Shown: positions 19,888-30,607 of the stretch, one piece after another
Position numbering within the stretch: position 1 is the stretch's first letter
Layout: every line of letters begins with the position of its first letter
Assembly: GCA_003697065.1 (NCBI GenBank)
Contig: RFFY01000191.1
Coordinates: 1 to 41,281, forward strand
Reading direction: 5' to 3'
DNA length: 41,281 nt
From: Actinomyces sp.
GTDB lineage: Bacteria; Actinomycetota; Acidimicrobiia; Acidimicrobiales; Aldehydirespiratoraceae
Program-made: the position numbers and the translations under genes
Notes under the pieces: model-generated
Told to the model about the DNA's origin: nothing
The model's input: only the letters and a program-made list of their open reading frames with translations
Databases searched by the model: none

Positions 19888-20232
19888 ATGCCCCCATCGC
19901 CGACCAGCCCAGCCGGCAGCAGCGTGGCCGACCACATCAGCGACCGGCGAGCCCGCAGCGCCACCTACCGCGACACCCAGGACCGGCTGCGGCCCTTCGA
20001 GGAGATCGCCCGCATGGTCATCCTGCGCCGCGCCGAACTCGGGCTGACCCAACAGGAGCTCGCCGAGCGGATGGGCACCACCAAATCGGTGATCTCCCGC
20101 ATCGAAAGCGGCCAGCACCGCACCAGCACCGAAACCCTCCGGCGGCTCGCCGAAGCCCTCGACGGTCACGCGGTGGTCGGTTTCGACTTCAACCCCGATC
20201 ACAGATCCAAGCCCGAGGTTGTGCGCCTCTGA
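19888..20232 (+). CDS. XRE-HTH antitoxin (HigA-like)
   Basis: GLTQQELAERMGTTKSVISRIESG; downstream of toxin. Confidence 0.85.
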   Translation: MPPSPTSPAGSSVADHISDRRARSATYRDTQDRLRPFEEIARMVILRRAELGLTQQELAERMGTTKSVISRIESGQHRTSTETLRRLAEALDGHAVVGFDFNPDHRSKPEVVRL

Positions 20233-20260
20233 CGCGGCTCGCACGCAGGATCGCCGCGGG

Positions 20261-21550
20261 ATGAACTGGCCGAACTACGAGGTGGCCGTGGGTGACGAGC
20301 TCGCCCTCTATGCCGGTCCGGCCAGGGTGAACGGCCGGCCTGTCACCGCCAGAGTGTGGTTCCCGCTGGCCTCAACCGACCTGAGGTTGCGCTGGGAGGC
20401 GACTGGGGGAGCCGATCTCGACTTGCACATCACCGACCAGGGCGGCGTCACCCAGCAGGCAGCGCTGGAGATCGACCACCCGCACATCGGGTCGTTCAGG
20501 GTTGATGCCACAGTGAACGAGGCGACGACGTCGATCGCGGGGTCTGCTTCGACGACGACTGGTTTCGGGACGGTCGACTCTGAGGTCCTCGGGGACCGGG
20601 CCGGCTCGGCCCAGCTGGTCAGCTGCGGGTGGTTGAACCTGCCCTCGCTGGCAGCCACGCCAAGCGGATCGTCTGAGTATCCGACGGTGCTGTCGGCCTG
20701 CGGATGGAACCTGGCGCTAAGGCCGATCGAGCCATTCACCGAGCGGGTCCGGGAGTTCCGCCGGCGGGGCCATCCCGTTTATGTGTCGCACCACGGCGAG
20801 TTGACGCGAGCCGATGGACATGCCTTCTCTGCCGAGGACGCCTTGGAGACGTTGCATGCATTCCAGTTGGCGTTGTCGTTCGTGCTGGGTCGCTTCGTCG
20901 CACCGTTGGCCCCAGCCGGAGAGCGGCACGGTGAGGTCGCATGGGTGCTCGCTCCTGCGTGGTTCTGCGATGAGGGTGTGGCCAACGATGGGATCATCTG
21001 GCCACTCGACCCCGAGGATCTCACCGGTGCCGTGGCCCGAATAGTCGCCGGGCTCCTTGACGGCGCTGACGCCTCACATCATCTGCGCCACGTTCTCATG
21101 CATGCGGTCGGCTGCCACCGGGTCGGCTTCGCCGAGCAGCGTCTCCTGACCGCCCAGGCAGGCCTGGAGTTCTTCCACAACTGGCAGGGCGGAGCAGGCA
21201 TAGGCGGGGCGGCGACGAGGATCAGCGGACTCCTCCAAGCCGCTGGCATCTCCACCGAGCTGCCCCCGGATTTCGATGCGCTCACCCAACTCTGTAGCGA
21301 TCCGGACATCGAACGACGACCGTCGCAGACCGGGCCCGATGCGGTGGTCTGGGTCCGCAATGAGGTGACCCACCCTAAGGATCCGCGGCGGCTGTATGAC
21401 ATTGACCGGCTCGTCTATGAGGCGTCGGCTCTGGCCCGTGAATACCTCGAACTCCTGATCCTCCACCGGCTGGACTATCGGGGCTACTGGCGGAAGCTCT
21501 ACCGGCCCGGGGCTTGGGCCTTCGAGCGCGAACGAGTCCCTTGGGCCTGA
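20261..21550 (+). CDS. HEPN-motif protein (ApeA/YopA-like architecture), possible defence nuclease
   Basis: QAGLE and RNEVTH (Rx4H) in C-terminal helical domain. Confidence 0.6.
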   Translation: MNWPNYEVAVGDELALYAGPARVNGRPVTARVWFPLASTDLRLRWEATGGADLDLHITDQGGVTQQAALEIDHPHIGSFRVDATVNEATTSIAGSASTTTGFGTVDSEVLGDRAGSAQLVSCGWLNLPSLAATPSGSSEYPTVLSACGWNLALRPIEPFTERVREFRRRGHPVYVSHHGELTRADGHAFSAEDALETLHAFQLALSFVLGRFVAPLAPAGERHGEVAWVLAPAWFCDEGVANDGIIWPLDPEDLTGAVARIVAGLLDGADASHHLRHVLMHAVGCHRVGFAEQRLLTAQAGLEFFHNWQGGAGIGGAATRISGLLQAAGISTELPPDFDALTQLCSDPDIERRPSQTGPDAVVWVRNEVTHPKDPRRLYDIDRLVYEASALAREYLELLILHRLDYRGYWRKLYRPGAWAFERERVPWA

Positions 21551-21596
21551 ACAAACAGCCGCAGGTGAGCCATTCGGCTCGATTGGAACCCGCCAG

Positions 21597-24500
21597 CTAC
21601 CGGCGTTGGAGGTCGAAGCGGAGTTGTTCGATGGTGTCGTCGGGGTCGCCGAGTTGGGCTTGTTGGAGGGCGGCGGCGTGTTCGCGGTAGACGGCTTCGG
21701 CACCGGCACGGTCGTCGTTGGCCAGGTGGGCGCGCATGAGAGCCTCGACCACGGTGCTGTTGAGCGGGACCGCTTGGGCGAGGCGCCGGAGAACGCCGAT
21801 GGCCTCGGTGGGCTGGTCGAGTTCGAGGTACAGCTCGGCGCACGCCTGCGCGATGGTGGCGATGCGGTACTCCCAGGTGGTGCTGTGGTGTTCGAAGTCG
21901 ACCCAACCAAACGAGGCACGAGCCGCGTTGGGGTAGGAGAAGGGCTTGCCGGTGACCAGATCGAGCGCCGCCCGGTAGTGGGCGACAGCACCGGCTGGCT
22001 CGAGGTCCGCGGCGGCTTGGACGTGCCAATCGAACAGCTCCAGATCGGTGCGCACACCCGGGCCGACGTCGTAGGTGCCGCTTCGGTTGGCCGGGAAGTG
22101 GTGGGAGCCGAGCGCGTCGCGGCATTCGGTCATGACGTCGCGCAGGCGTTTTCGATGTGAGGTGCCGTCAGAGCCGAACCAGCAAGCCTCCTCGAGGCGC
22201 TCGGTGGTCACCGACCGGTGCATGGCCAGGTAGGCGGCGACGGCGGTGGCCTTGGGCTTGAGCGGTTTCCCGCCTTCGACGCAGATGTCGCCGAGCAGCC
22301 GCACGAGCACCTCGTAGTCGGGGGGTTCGGCTGGGTGTGCAGCCGGATTGGAACCGCCTGGTGTGGCGGGCTCGGACCCGTTGGAGGACCCGGAATGTTC
22401 GGCCACGAGGAGGTCGATGAGGGTCTGTTCTTCGGGGCTTGCGGGGGTCACGAGCAGGCGGCACATATCGGCGAGCTCGTCGCCGTTGAGCTCCTGGGGT
22501 GGGCAGGCGATGTCGGCCGGCTCGAAGGTGAGGGTGTCGGGTTCGCAGCGGACGGTGGCACACGCCCCATCGAACGCTCCGACCACAACGACGGCAACCG
22601 TCGAGGGCAGGCTGGTGCGCAACGTGTCGTGGAGCCCGGACGGGGGTGGCTGGTCGGCGACCACGGCGAGCGGCACGAGCGCGTCGTGGTCGGGGTCGTG
22701 GGCCCGGCCGATGAACGAGTTTGGCCAGCCGTTGTCGGATAGTGCCTGGTGGGACTGGCCGGCCCAGGCGGCCACGTCGTCGGTGATGTCCTCCCAGGTG
22801 TTGACGACGGTGAGGTGTTCGAGGACGCTGACGTCCGCGTCTCCGACGAGGTCCCCGACAACGATGACCCGCAGTGTTTCGGCGAGGGGGCTGAGGGCCA
22901 GTTCGGTAAGGATGGACCGGGCAACGTCGGTGGCCACGGACTCGTCACCCGTAAGCGAGATCAACCCGTCGGTCTCGAGATCGAGGTAGAGCTGCGCGTC
23001 GTCTTCGGGTTGGCCGATGGTGACCAGCAGCGGTGCGGCGCATCGGGGTCCTTCGATGGCCTCAGGCTCTGGTGGGTCCAGGAGGGTCCAGATTGCGCCG
23101 TCGTCGGTGCTGTCCCATCCGGGTGGCGGGTCGGGGTCGGGCGGTTCGATCAGCACTTCAAGGGTGTCGTCGCTGTGTCGGACGAGTCGAGGCCGACTGG
23201 CTGAGGATCGTGCGACGAGGGAGGCGGCAAGCCAGCCGAGGACGCTCTGCAGGTCTTCGATGCGGTCCTCGTCAGCCTGGGCGACGACCGCCTGATGGAG
23301 GGCCTGGTGGTCGGCCGGGGTGGGGTTTGTGATCTGTCCGGGGTGGTCGTTGGCGAAGCGGCGACGGCGTCGGTGCAGGAGCCGCTTGAGGCCGACGCCA
23401 ACGCGATGCTGGATAGTCCACCCAGGGCAACGACCGCCGGCGCGGACGCTGGCCTGTCATCGCTGCGCGGGTGCGGGGCCTGCGGGTCTGGCGGCTGCTC
23501 TGATGCCGGTTCGGTTGGCGGGGTGGGTTCGCTGTCGTCTGTCGTCGCCTCTCCGGTCTCGGGCAGCGGTGCAAAGGTGGAAGTTGGCGTGTCGGGTGCG
23601 GCCGTTTCCACCGGGGAGCGGTCAGGTGGAGGTGCCGTTCGATCATCCACGGGTGATGGCGGGGGGACGGCAGCTGGTTCAAACCCGGTGGGCGGAAGGG
23701 TGAGGATCTGGCCTGGCAGGATGAGGTCAGGGTTGCCCGGCTCCACGTAACGGCCTCGGTTCTGTTCGATCAGCTGCTGCCAGTAGGGGAGGATCTCGGT
23801 ATCTGTTGGTGACCGGCCCAGATCTGTGGCGAGGCGGTGCTCGGCGATGGTCCACAAGTTGTCGCCCGGCTCGACTGCGATCGTCTCCGACACGACTGGC
23901 GGCGAGGGTACGGTCGGGTCGACGGACCCGGACGACCTGTGGTCGGCGGTGGTGGGGCCGACCGTGGCGTCGGGGGGTAGTGCGAGAAGCCAGCCGGGGC
24001 GAAGGGTGTCGTCGTTGGGAGCGACGACGGCGCCGTCGGGCTGTACCCGCCCGACGTTGAGGTCGAGGATCTCCCGCCAGCGCAGGCCGTCACCGAGGGT
24101 GCGCTCGGCGATCGCCCAGTAGCTGTCGTGGCGCTGCACGGTGACGGTGGGCAGCGCTGATGCCGGGGGCGCTTGAGGGCCGGTGCGAGTGCCGGTCGAC
24201 GAGTTGGTATCGGGAGCCGTGCTCGGGACGGGTGGCGGTGCCGTGGTGGGGGCGACCGTGACGACCGGAGGTGTGAGCACCAGGGATGGGGTGGCGGCGT
24301 GTGCCCGGGCGGGTTGGAACGCGGAGGCGATCATGAGGATCCCGCCGATGAGGCGTGCGGCGGTGGCCTGGAACCCAGGGAGGACGGGTAGCCGGGTGGT
24401 GGGGCGGCCCCGGGCGGCAGCGATGATCTCGACGACGACCGCCAGGGTGAGCTGGGCCCAGGCGAGCCATGCGATGACGGCCAGGGTGTTGACGATGACC

Positions 24501-24676
24501 TCGTCGGCGATCCCAGAGCGGGCCCCATCAGCGAGGGCGTCGATGGAGGGGATGTTGGTCGGCAGTGGCCAACCGGCTCCGACGATCAGCACGGCGGGCA
24601 CCCCGGCGACCAGTCCCACGGTGAGCGAGAGTGACAGCAGGGCGCGGCTGATGCGGGGGAGGCGATGGTGGGTCAT
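21597..24676 (-). pseudogene. Membrane-anchored LysM + BTAD (bacterial transcriptional activator domain) protein, frameshifted at ~23396
   Basis: Two LysM (VQRHDSYWAIAE; VEPGDNLWTIAE...LILPGQIL), TM, C-terminal VRLLG...TDLELF...RAALDLVTGKPF...EALMRAH; restoring one base joins ORFs 23150-24676 and 21597-23156. Confidence 0.85.
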
Positions 24677-25065
24677 GGTTGGGCCTCGTCGACGGCGGTG
24701 GCGGTCTGGCGAACGGTGATGACCCGGTCCGGTCCGGGAAGGATGAGCATCGGTTGGGTGCGGGTGGCGGTGACGGTGATCGACGCGCGAGACACAACGG
24801 CGCTTCCGGCGAGTCCGACACGCTCGAGGTAGTCGAGCGCGGCCGACCGGGCGGCGTCGGGGTCCAGGCGCGGCTCACCGGTGGCGCGGAGCTGAGCCAG
24901 GTCGATCTGTTGGGCGCCGGCGCGGGCGGCTCGTTCGGCGGCATGGCGAGTGGCGTTGTGGGCGGTGATGACTCGACCTCCGTCGTAGGCCATGCCAGCG
25001 ACCAGGACGAGGGCAGTCGCGACGACGGCGACGAACGCGGTGATCGCGCCCCGGTCGTCGCTCAC
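24673..25065 (-). CDS. TadG-like pseudopilin
   Basis: DDRGAITAFV...MAYDGG...AARAGAQ. Confidence 0.8.
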   Translation of the reverse strand: MSDDRGAITAFVAVVATALVLVAGMAYDGGRVITAHNATRHAAERAARAGAQQIDLAQLRATGEPRLDPDAARSAALDYLERVGLAGSAVVSRASITVTATRTQPMLILPGPDRVITVRQTATAVDEAQP

Positions 25066-25490
25066 GGGGCGCCGCTCCGGTAGATGTCGATTACCTCCAC
25101 CGCGGTGGCCCTGAACGTCCGGCGGCCGGGCACCCCCAGGAGGGTGACATCGGCCATCGAGGCTTCGCAGTTGACGGTCACGCTGACGGTGCCCCCGGGG
25201 ACGAACCGGGAGGTGTCCACCTCGACGGTGAGATCGGTGCATCGCAAGCCGGCGGCGCTGAGATTGTCGGCGGCGGCCTGACGGGCGTCCGCGGTGGCGT
25301 CGGCGGGCCGCTGGCGCAGCGACGCGGCGCGGGCAGCTGCCGTCGCTGCGCGCTCGACGTTGCCGTCGGCTTCGGCGATCCTGCCGGCGTACACGACCAG
25401 CAGCATCAGGAACAGCAGGGCCGGGGCGATCACGGCCACTTCGACCGCGACTGATCCCCGGTCGGCGCGGACGACGGGACGCCCGGTCAT
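25062..25490 (-). CDS. tadE: TadE-like pseudopilin
   Basis: DRGSVAVEVAVIAP prepilin motif, AARAAS. Confidence 0.85.
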   Translation of the reverse strand: MTGRPVVRADRGSVAVEVAVIAPALLFLMLLVVYAGRIAEADGNVERAATAAARAASLRQRPADATADARQAAADNLSAAGLRCTDLTVEVDTSRFVPGGTVSVTVNCEASMADVTLLGVPGRRTFRATAVEVIDIYRSGAP

Positions 25491-25873
25491 CGTTCCGGTT
25501 CCGGGATGAATCGCTCGACCGGGGCGGCACTGCGGGCGGTCACCGACCAGTTGAAGCCGGGAACAAGGCGAGGCGCGTCGCCGTGCACCTCGGCGGTGAC
25601 CAGGGTGGGCTTCCAGGTCACCGACACGGTGACGTTGGCGAGGTTGCCGGCCTGCGCGAGGTAGCTCCGCGCGGCGTCCTCGCCGAGCCGGGCGTCTCCG
25701 TCGGGCACCCGCGCCGTCGCTACGGCTTCGGCGGCGGCGGCGTTGGCGACCTGCTTGGCGTGCCACCACAGTCCGTACTGGACGATGAGCATGATCCAGA
25801 ACAGGACGACAGGGAAGAGAATGGCGACCTGGATTGTCGTCACACCGGTCTCGTCGTGTCGCCGCTGGCCCAT
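25487..25873 (-). CDS. tadE: TadE-like pseudopilin
   Basis: ETGVTTIQVAILFP...IVQYGLWWHAKQVANAAA. Confidence 0.8.
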   Translation of the reverse strand: MGQRRHDETGVTTIQVAILFPVVLFWIMLIVQYGLWWHAKQVANAAAAEAVATARVPDGDARLGEDAARSYLAQAGNLANVTVSVTWKPTLVTAEVHGDAPRLVPGFNWSVTARSAAPVERFIPEPER

Positions 25874-25877
25874 CGGT

Positions 25878-26087
25878 TCATCCGGCGGGCTGCTCGGGTG
25901 TTGGGATGCTGTCGGCGTTGTTCTTGGCTGCCGTGTAGATGATGCCCAGCACAACGATCGCCGCCCCGACGAGCAGGAAGGTGATCACCGCGACCTCGGT
26001 GGTGGTGAGGCCCCGTTCGTCCCGGGAATTGATGCCGAGCCGGGCGCAGCAGTAGGCGATCAGGAAACGGGGGTCGATGATGTGCAT
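25878..26087 (-). CDS. flp: Flp-type major pilin
   Basis: 69 aa, DERG/LTTTE cleavage motif followed by hydrophobic helix; AAGGAG RBS. Confidence 0.8.
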   Translation of the reverse strand: MHIIDPRFLIAYCCARLGINSRDERGLTTTEVAVITFLLVGAAIVVLGIIYTAAKNNADSIPTPEQPAG

Positions 26088-26117
26088 GACTTCTCCTTTG
26101 TGGTGTGGGTCTGGTCT

Positions 26118-27029
26118 TCAGGGCTGGGGCCCGCTGACCGTGGTGATCTGGATGACGGCCGGGTAGGCGATAAAGACGAGGAAACCGAACAGCAGAACCG
26201 CCACGGGAACGGTCATGCGCTCGGTGGCCGCTTCGGCGGCGGCCTCGGTCTCTGCGATCTGATGGCCGCGCAGCGTGTCTGCCTTGGCGGCGAGCGAGGC
26301 GCGGATGCGGGCGCCGTGCGAGCCCGCGAGGGAGACGCTGGCAGCCAGCACGGCCAGCTCGTGGATGCCCAAGCGGTCGTCCAGCTGGGCGAAGGTGTCC
26401 CACGGGGACTGGCCGGTCAGCCGGGCTCGGCGCAGCTCGGCGCGAATGGTCCGATACCCCCAACCGTCACCGGCCTCGGCGGCGGCGTGCAGGGCGGTCT
26501 CGATTCCTGCCCCACCGGCCAAGAGAACGTTGACCAGGTCCAGGTAGGACGACAACGTGTGACGAAAGGCCCGGCGACGTTTGTCGGCTTCGTCGCGGAG
26601 CACCAGGTCGGGTAGGACGAATCCGCCCCCCGCGGTAGCCAGCGAGAGCGCCGCCACCCCGCCGAGGGGCAGCGCAAGCCCGGCCGAGACCATTCCGGCC
26701 GCGGCCAGGTTCGGGATCAGCAGACCAGCGGATGCGCCAAGGAGCTTGTCGAAGGCGTGCCGTTCGGGAGTGCGACCGACGAGTTCGAGCTCTTGGCGGT
26801 AACGGTTGGGATCAGCGCCGAGAGCTTCGACGATACGGCGGACCATCGGCCCCGCCCGAGCGGTCAGTGATGCCCGAGCCGAACTGCTTGAGATCACCGG
26901 CACGCCGGGCCGGGCGAGCCGCCCCAAGACCTCGTCGAGATCCGGAGGACGGGGGGCGACGGCGCGCCAGCAGAGCAGCAGGCCTGTAGCCGCGCCCGCC
27001 CCTAGCACGGCCATCACGACGAGGGTCAT
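26118..27029 (-). CDS. tadC: TadC-like (T2SS F-family) membrane protein
   Basis: YLDLVNVLLAGGAGIETAL, ERMTVPV. Confidence 0.85.
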   Translation of the reverse strand: MTLVVMAVLGAGAATGLLLCWRAVAPRPPDLDEVLGRLARPGVPVISSSSARASLTARAGPMVRRIVEALGADPNRYRQELELVGRTPERHAFDKLLGASAGLLIPNLAAAGMVSAGLALPLGGVAALSLATAGGGFVLPDLVLRDEADKRRRAFRHTLSSYLDLVNVLLAGGAGIETALHAAAEAGDGWGYRTIRAELRRARLTGQSPWDTFAQLDDRLGIHELAVLAASVSLAGSHGARIRASLAAKADTLRGHQIAETEAAAEAATERMTVPVAVLLFGFLVFIAYPAVIQITTVSGPQP

Positions 27030-27889
27030 CGGTCCTGCTCCACGGTGGAGGGTCCGCCGGCGCGGGCGGTGAACCGCTCGGGCTGTTCGATCTCAGCCAT
27101 TCGTGTGAGCAGCCAGCCGCCGGCAGTGAAAATTCCGATGACCACAGCCAGGACAAGCTGCCCGCCCGGGCTGTCGTAGACCTCGAGGTAGCTGCGATTG
27201 ACTACGGCCAGGAACAGAACCGCTGCTACGACGACTCCGACAATGACCTTGGTTGCTGTCCTCACTCGGGTGCGGCCCACCTCCACCCGGATCCGCATCC
27301 GGGCCTCGCCCCGTGTGGCGTCCGCCAGCCGGCACAGCAGGCTGGACAGGTCGGCGGCTTCCATGCGGGAGGCGATCACCAGCGCGGCCACCACCAGGTC
27401 CCCGGAGGGGTGATCGAGGTCCTCGCCGAAGGCGACCAGCGCGTCAGACAGCCGGTGGTGATCGAGGCGGCGGACCAGGGTATGGACCTCGGCTGCGATG
27501 GGCTTCGGGGCGACCGGGGCGGTCGCGGCGACGGCCTCCTCGAGGCCGGAGGCTGCGGCGATCGAGTCGCGGATCATCTCAGTCCAGGATGCGATCGCCT
27601 CAGTGCGGTCGATGACACGTTGGCGTGCCGCCTTGCCACCCAGGAGCCGGGGTAGCACGACGGTGGCCGCCGCCGCGCCGACGCCGCCGACCACCCAGCC
27701 GGTCACCGCCACGGCGAGCAGGGCGGCCGCCAGTGCGGCGGCCGCCCGGGGCAGCAGGGAGCTGCGGGTTACGCGTTCGACGGCTCGCGACGGCTGGTCG
27801 AAGAGCTGCCGGCCGGTCAGCCCCGCCACCGCGAGCAGCAGCCCCAAGCCGGAGGTAGCCGCGAAACCGGCGAAGACCGCGGTACTCAC
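27026..27889 (-). CDS. tadB: TadB-like (T2SS F-family) membrane protein
   Basis: [11 protein letters not shown]...[15 protein letters not shown]. Confidence 0.85.
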   Translation of the reverse strand: MSTAVFAGFAATSGLGLLLAVAGLTGRQLFDQPSRAVERVTRSSLLPRAAAALAAALLAVAVTGWVVGGVGAAAATVVLPRLLGGKAARQRVIDRTEAIASWTEMIRDSIAAASGLEEAVAATAPVAPKPIAAEVHTLVRRLDHHRLSDALVAFGEDLDHPSGDLVVAALVIASRMEAADLSSLLCRLADATRGEARMRIRVEVGRTRVRTATKVIVGVVVAAVLFLAVVNRSYLEVYDSPGGQLVLAVVIGIFTAGGWLLTRMAEIEQPERFTARAGGPSTVEQDR

Positions 27890-29238
27890 CTCCACCACCC
27901 CTGGGCGGTAGCGCACAGCGCGCTATCGAAGCCGTGCGCCTCGATTGCGGCGGCGAACTCGGGCGTGGGCGGAGCAGCCGGCACACCGGCGCCGGTGTGA
28001 TCCGGACGCCACAGTTCGTTGGAGACCACGTGGCCGCCCTCGACCGTCCCGGTCACTTGGCGGACACTCGTAATGCGACGGATCCCCCGAACCCAACCGA
28101 GGTGCACGATCAGATCGACGGCGTTGGCAACCAGGAGGTTTGTCACCTCGGGTACGAGTCGCTCGGGCGTCATGGCCGCGTACATGGCAAGCCGGCCGAA
28201 GACCCCCTTGGAGGAGTCGGCGTGGATCGAGCACATCGATCCGTCGTTGCCCTGGCTCATGGCCAACAGCATCGGGAGGACTTCCGCGCCGCGGACCTCG
28301 CCGACGATGACCCGCTGGGGGTCCATGCGTAACGCCGAGCGGACAAGTGCCGCGAGTGTGAACGCGCCGACCCCTTCGGTGTTGGCCTCCCGGGCCTCGA
28401 GGGTTTCGTGGTCAGGATGCAGGTGCTCGAACCGCTCCAGGCCGATCTCGAGGGAGTCCTCGATGGTGATGAGTCGCTCGTCCGGGGGGATCTCGTTGAT
28501 CAGGCAGCGCAGCGTGGTGGTCTTGCCGGTACCGGTGCCGCCGGCGACGATGATGTTGGCCCGGGCCTGTACCGCCGCGGACATGAAGCTGGCCAGGAGT
28601 TCGTCGCACACGCCGAGGTCGACGAGCTGGTACAGCCGGTGGATGTCGAAGTCGTGTCGGCGGATGGTGACCGTCGGCCGACCCGAGACGGCCATCAAGG
28701 CGTGGAGCCGGTCACCGTTGGGAAGCTGCAGGTTGAGTTCGGGGTGGGCGTGGTCCCAGCGGCGTTCGCTCCGGCCAAGTCGGCGGGCCGCGGTGGCGAT
28801 CAGCTCGATGAGCTCGTCGTCGGAGTCGGCGACCGCCGGTCCCCGAACCTTGGTGCCGTCCCGCAAGTTGAGCCAGACCCGGTGTGCCCCGGAGATGTGG
28901 ATGTCCCGGATCTGCGGATCGTCAAGGAGGGGCTGGAGACGGGCCAGGCCGTGGAGCCGGTCCAGGACTGCCGCGGCGACGCGGGCTTCTGCTTGTTCGT
29001 CGAGGGGCTCACGGCCGTCGGTGTAGGCCCGGGCGGCGAGGCGTCGGAGCTCGTCGGCGATCAGTTTTCGGGCCAGCGCACGCTCGTCGGCTGGGGTCAG
29101 ACGGCCGCGCCCCGCTTGTTCGTGGGCAACGTGAGCCGAGGTGAGCGCCTCACCGACGCTGCGGTGAAGGCTGTTGATCAGTTCGGGGTCGAGGCCGTCC
29201 CCGTTCCAGGTCCCGGGGGGCGCCGTCGCCTGGCTCAT
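27886..29238 (-). CDS. tadA: TadA/CpaF pilus assembly ATPase
   Basis: [32 protein letters not shown]. Confidence 0.92.
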   Translation of the reverse strand: MSQATAPPGTWNGDGLDPELINSLHRSVGEALTSAHVAHEQAGRGRLTPADERALARKLIADELRRLAARAYTDGREPLDEQAEARVAAAVLDRLHGLARLQPLLDDPQIRDIHISGAHRVWLNLRDGTKVRGPAVADSDDELIELIATAARRLGRSERRWDHAHPELNLQLPNGDRLHALMAVSGRPTVTIRRHDFDIHRLYQLVDLGVCDELLASFMSAAVQARANIIVAGGTGTGKTTTLRCLINEIPPDERLITIEDSLEIGLERFEHLHPDHETLEAREANTEGVGAFTLAALVRSALRMDPQRVIVGEVRGAEVLPMLLAMSQGNDGSMCSIHADSSKGVFGRLAMYAAMTPERLVPEVTNLLVANAVDLIVHLGWVRGIRRITSVRQVTGTVEGGHVVSNELWRPDHTGAGVPAAPPTPEFAAAIEAHGFDSALCATAQGWWR

Positions 29239-29939
29239 GATCCGAGCTCCTCGAGCGTGCGGTCACCATGGACCGCGCGGGCAAGGGCGAGAGCTCCGCG
29301 TGCCAGTCGCGACCGCCGCAGGCGACCGGCCGGAGCGCCGCCATGACACAGCGCTTCAGCGACGGGCCGATCCTCCGGCAGCGACCCGATGATCGGGACC
29401 TCCATGGTCCGTTCGATGTCGGCGGCTCGGTACGGGCCGTCTCCGGCGAGCACGATTCCCAGCACCCCACGGACGGTTGGGCGCAGGACCGGCAGCAGGT
29501 GGGTCAGTGCGACCAACTGTTCGGCGACGGGTCGAACAACCAGGCCGAGCACATCAGACGCCGTGACTATCGGGCGCGGCATGCGCACCCGGCCGGCGTC
29601 GACGACGGCAACACCGTCGGCAGCAAGCAACCTTCGGGTGATCCGCTCGCCGGCGGTCCGCCACAGTGCCGCGCTCGCTGCCGGTGCGTCCGGGCCCACC
29701 ATCACGGCAACCCCGCCGGCCTCCTGGGCGTGCGGCCGCCAATCCTCGCCGGTCTCGGCAGCCGCGGCCGCGAACGTGATGAGACCCGGCTCGCGGCCCA
29801 GGCCGTAGCGGACCGCGAGCACCCCGCCGTCGAGGTCGCCTTCCACGACGACCGCTCCCTCTATCGCCGCGCCAAGCAGCACCGCGGCGGTCGTGACCCC
29901 GGGAGAGCCACGCACCGAGGCCAAGGTCAGGATCCTCAT
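29235..29939 (-). CDS. MinD/ParA-like (TadZ/CpaE-like) protein
   Basis: SVRGSPGVTT deviant Walker A, VEGDLDGG, VVDAGR. Confidence 0.75.
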   Translation of the reverse strand: MRILTLASVRGSPGVTTAAVLLGAAIEGAVVVEGDLDGGVLAVRYGLGREPGLITFAAAAAETGEDWRPHAQEAGGVAVMVGPDAPAASAALWRTAGERITRRLLAADGVAVVDAGRVRMPRPIVTASDVLGLVVRPVAEQLVALTHLLPVLRPTVRGVLGIVLAGDGPYRAADIERTMEVPIIGSLPEDRPVAEALCHGGAPAGRLRRSRLARGALALARAVHGDRTLEELGS

Positions 29940-30601
29940 GGCGCCACCAGCACCAACCGCAGGCCTGTCACACCAGCGGAAGCGGCGACCACCTCGGCGT
30001 CAGCCCGGGCGGCCAGGATCGACACCAACAGCCGGTCGCCGGTCAACTCCTCGACCGCGAACACCGTGGCATCACGAGCAAGCACGCGGGGAGCCGCGTC
30101 GAGGTCAGCCGCCTCGGCGGCACGAACCACGTTGACCCTGTCACCGGGAGCGAGCCCGCGAGCCGGATAGGCGCCGGGGTCGAGGGCGAGACCGACCACC
30201 CCGTCGCTGGCACGGACCGTGACCGGTTCGGCTACCAACGACGGGGTCATCAGCGTGCCTTCGGCCAAGTCCACCAAGGCCACCCGGCCCACCAGCTGGC
30301 TGGCCTCGGAGGGGTCGAGGCGGACGAGCGCGCCGTCGTCGGACACGTACACCGTCCGCAGGTCCCCGGGCTCAACGACCTGACCGCGCTGGAGGTGCGA
30401 TGCCGCGGCCAAGGCGGGCACCTTCTGGACAGCGCTGAGATGCCACAGGACGGCGCCCAACGCGAACAGGACCGTGACCAGCAACCCGACCATCAGCTCG
30501 GGGACACGTACCCGCCGCGCGGCAGGCCGCACCTCGAGCCCAGCGCGCCGCCGGTGCCCGTTGGAGGTCGTCGCTGGCGAGGTTGAGGTCGACGTCGCCA
30601 T
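29936..30601 (-). CDS. SAF-domain (CpaB/RcpC-like) protein
   Basis: TM then LQRGQVVEPGDL, LAPGDRVNV. Confidence 0.75.
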   Translation of the reverse strand: MATSTSTSPATTSNGHRRRAGLEVRPAARRVRVPELMVGLLVTVLFALGAVLWHLSAVQKVPALAAASHLQRGQVVEPGDLRTVYVSDDGALVRLDPSEASQLVGRVALVDLAEGTLMTPSLVAEPVTVRASDGVVGLALDPGAYPARGLAPGDRVNVVRAAEAADLDAAPRVLARDATVFAVEELTGDRLLVSILAARADAEVVAASAGVTGLRLVLVAP

Positions 30602-30607
30602 GGGATC

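Noticed and set aside
23385..23405. Programmed ribosomal frameshift in LysM-BTAD gene
   Set aside because: No slippery heptamer at the junction
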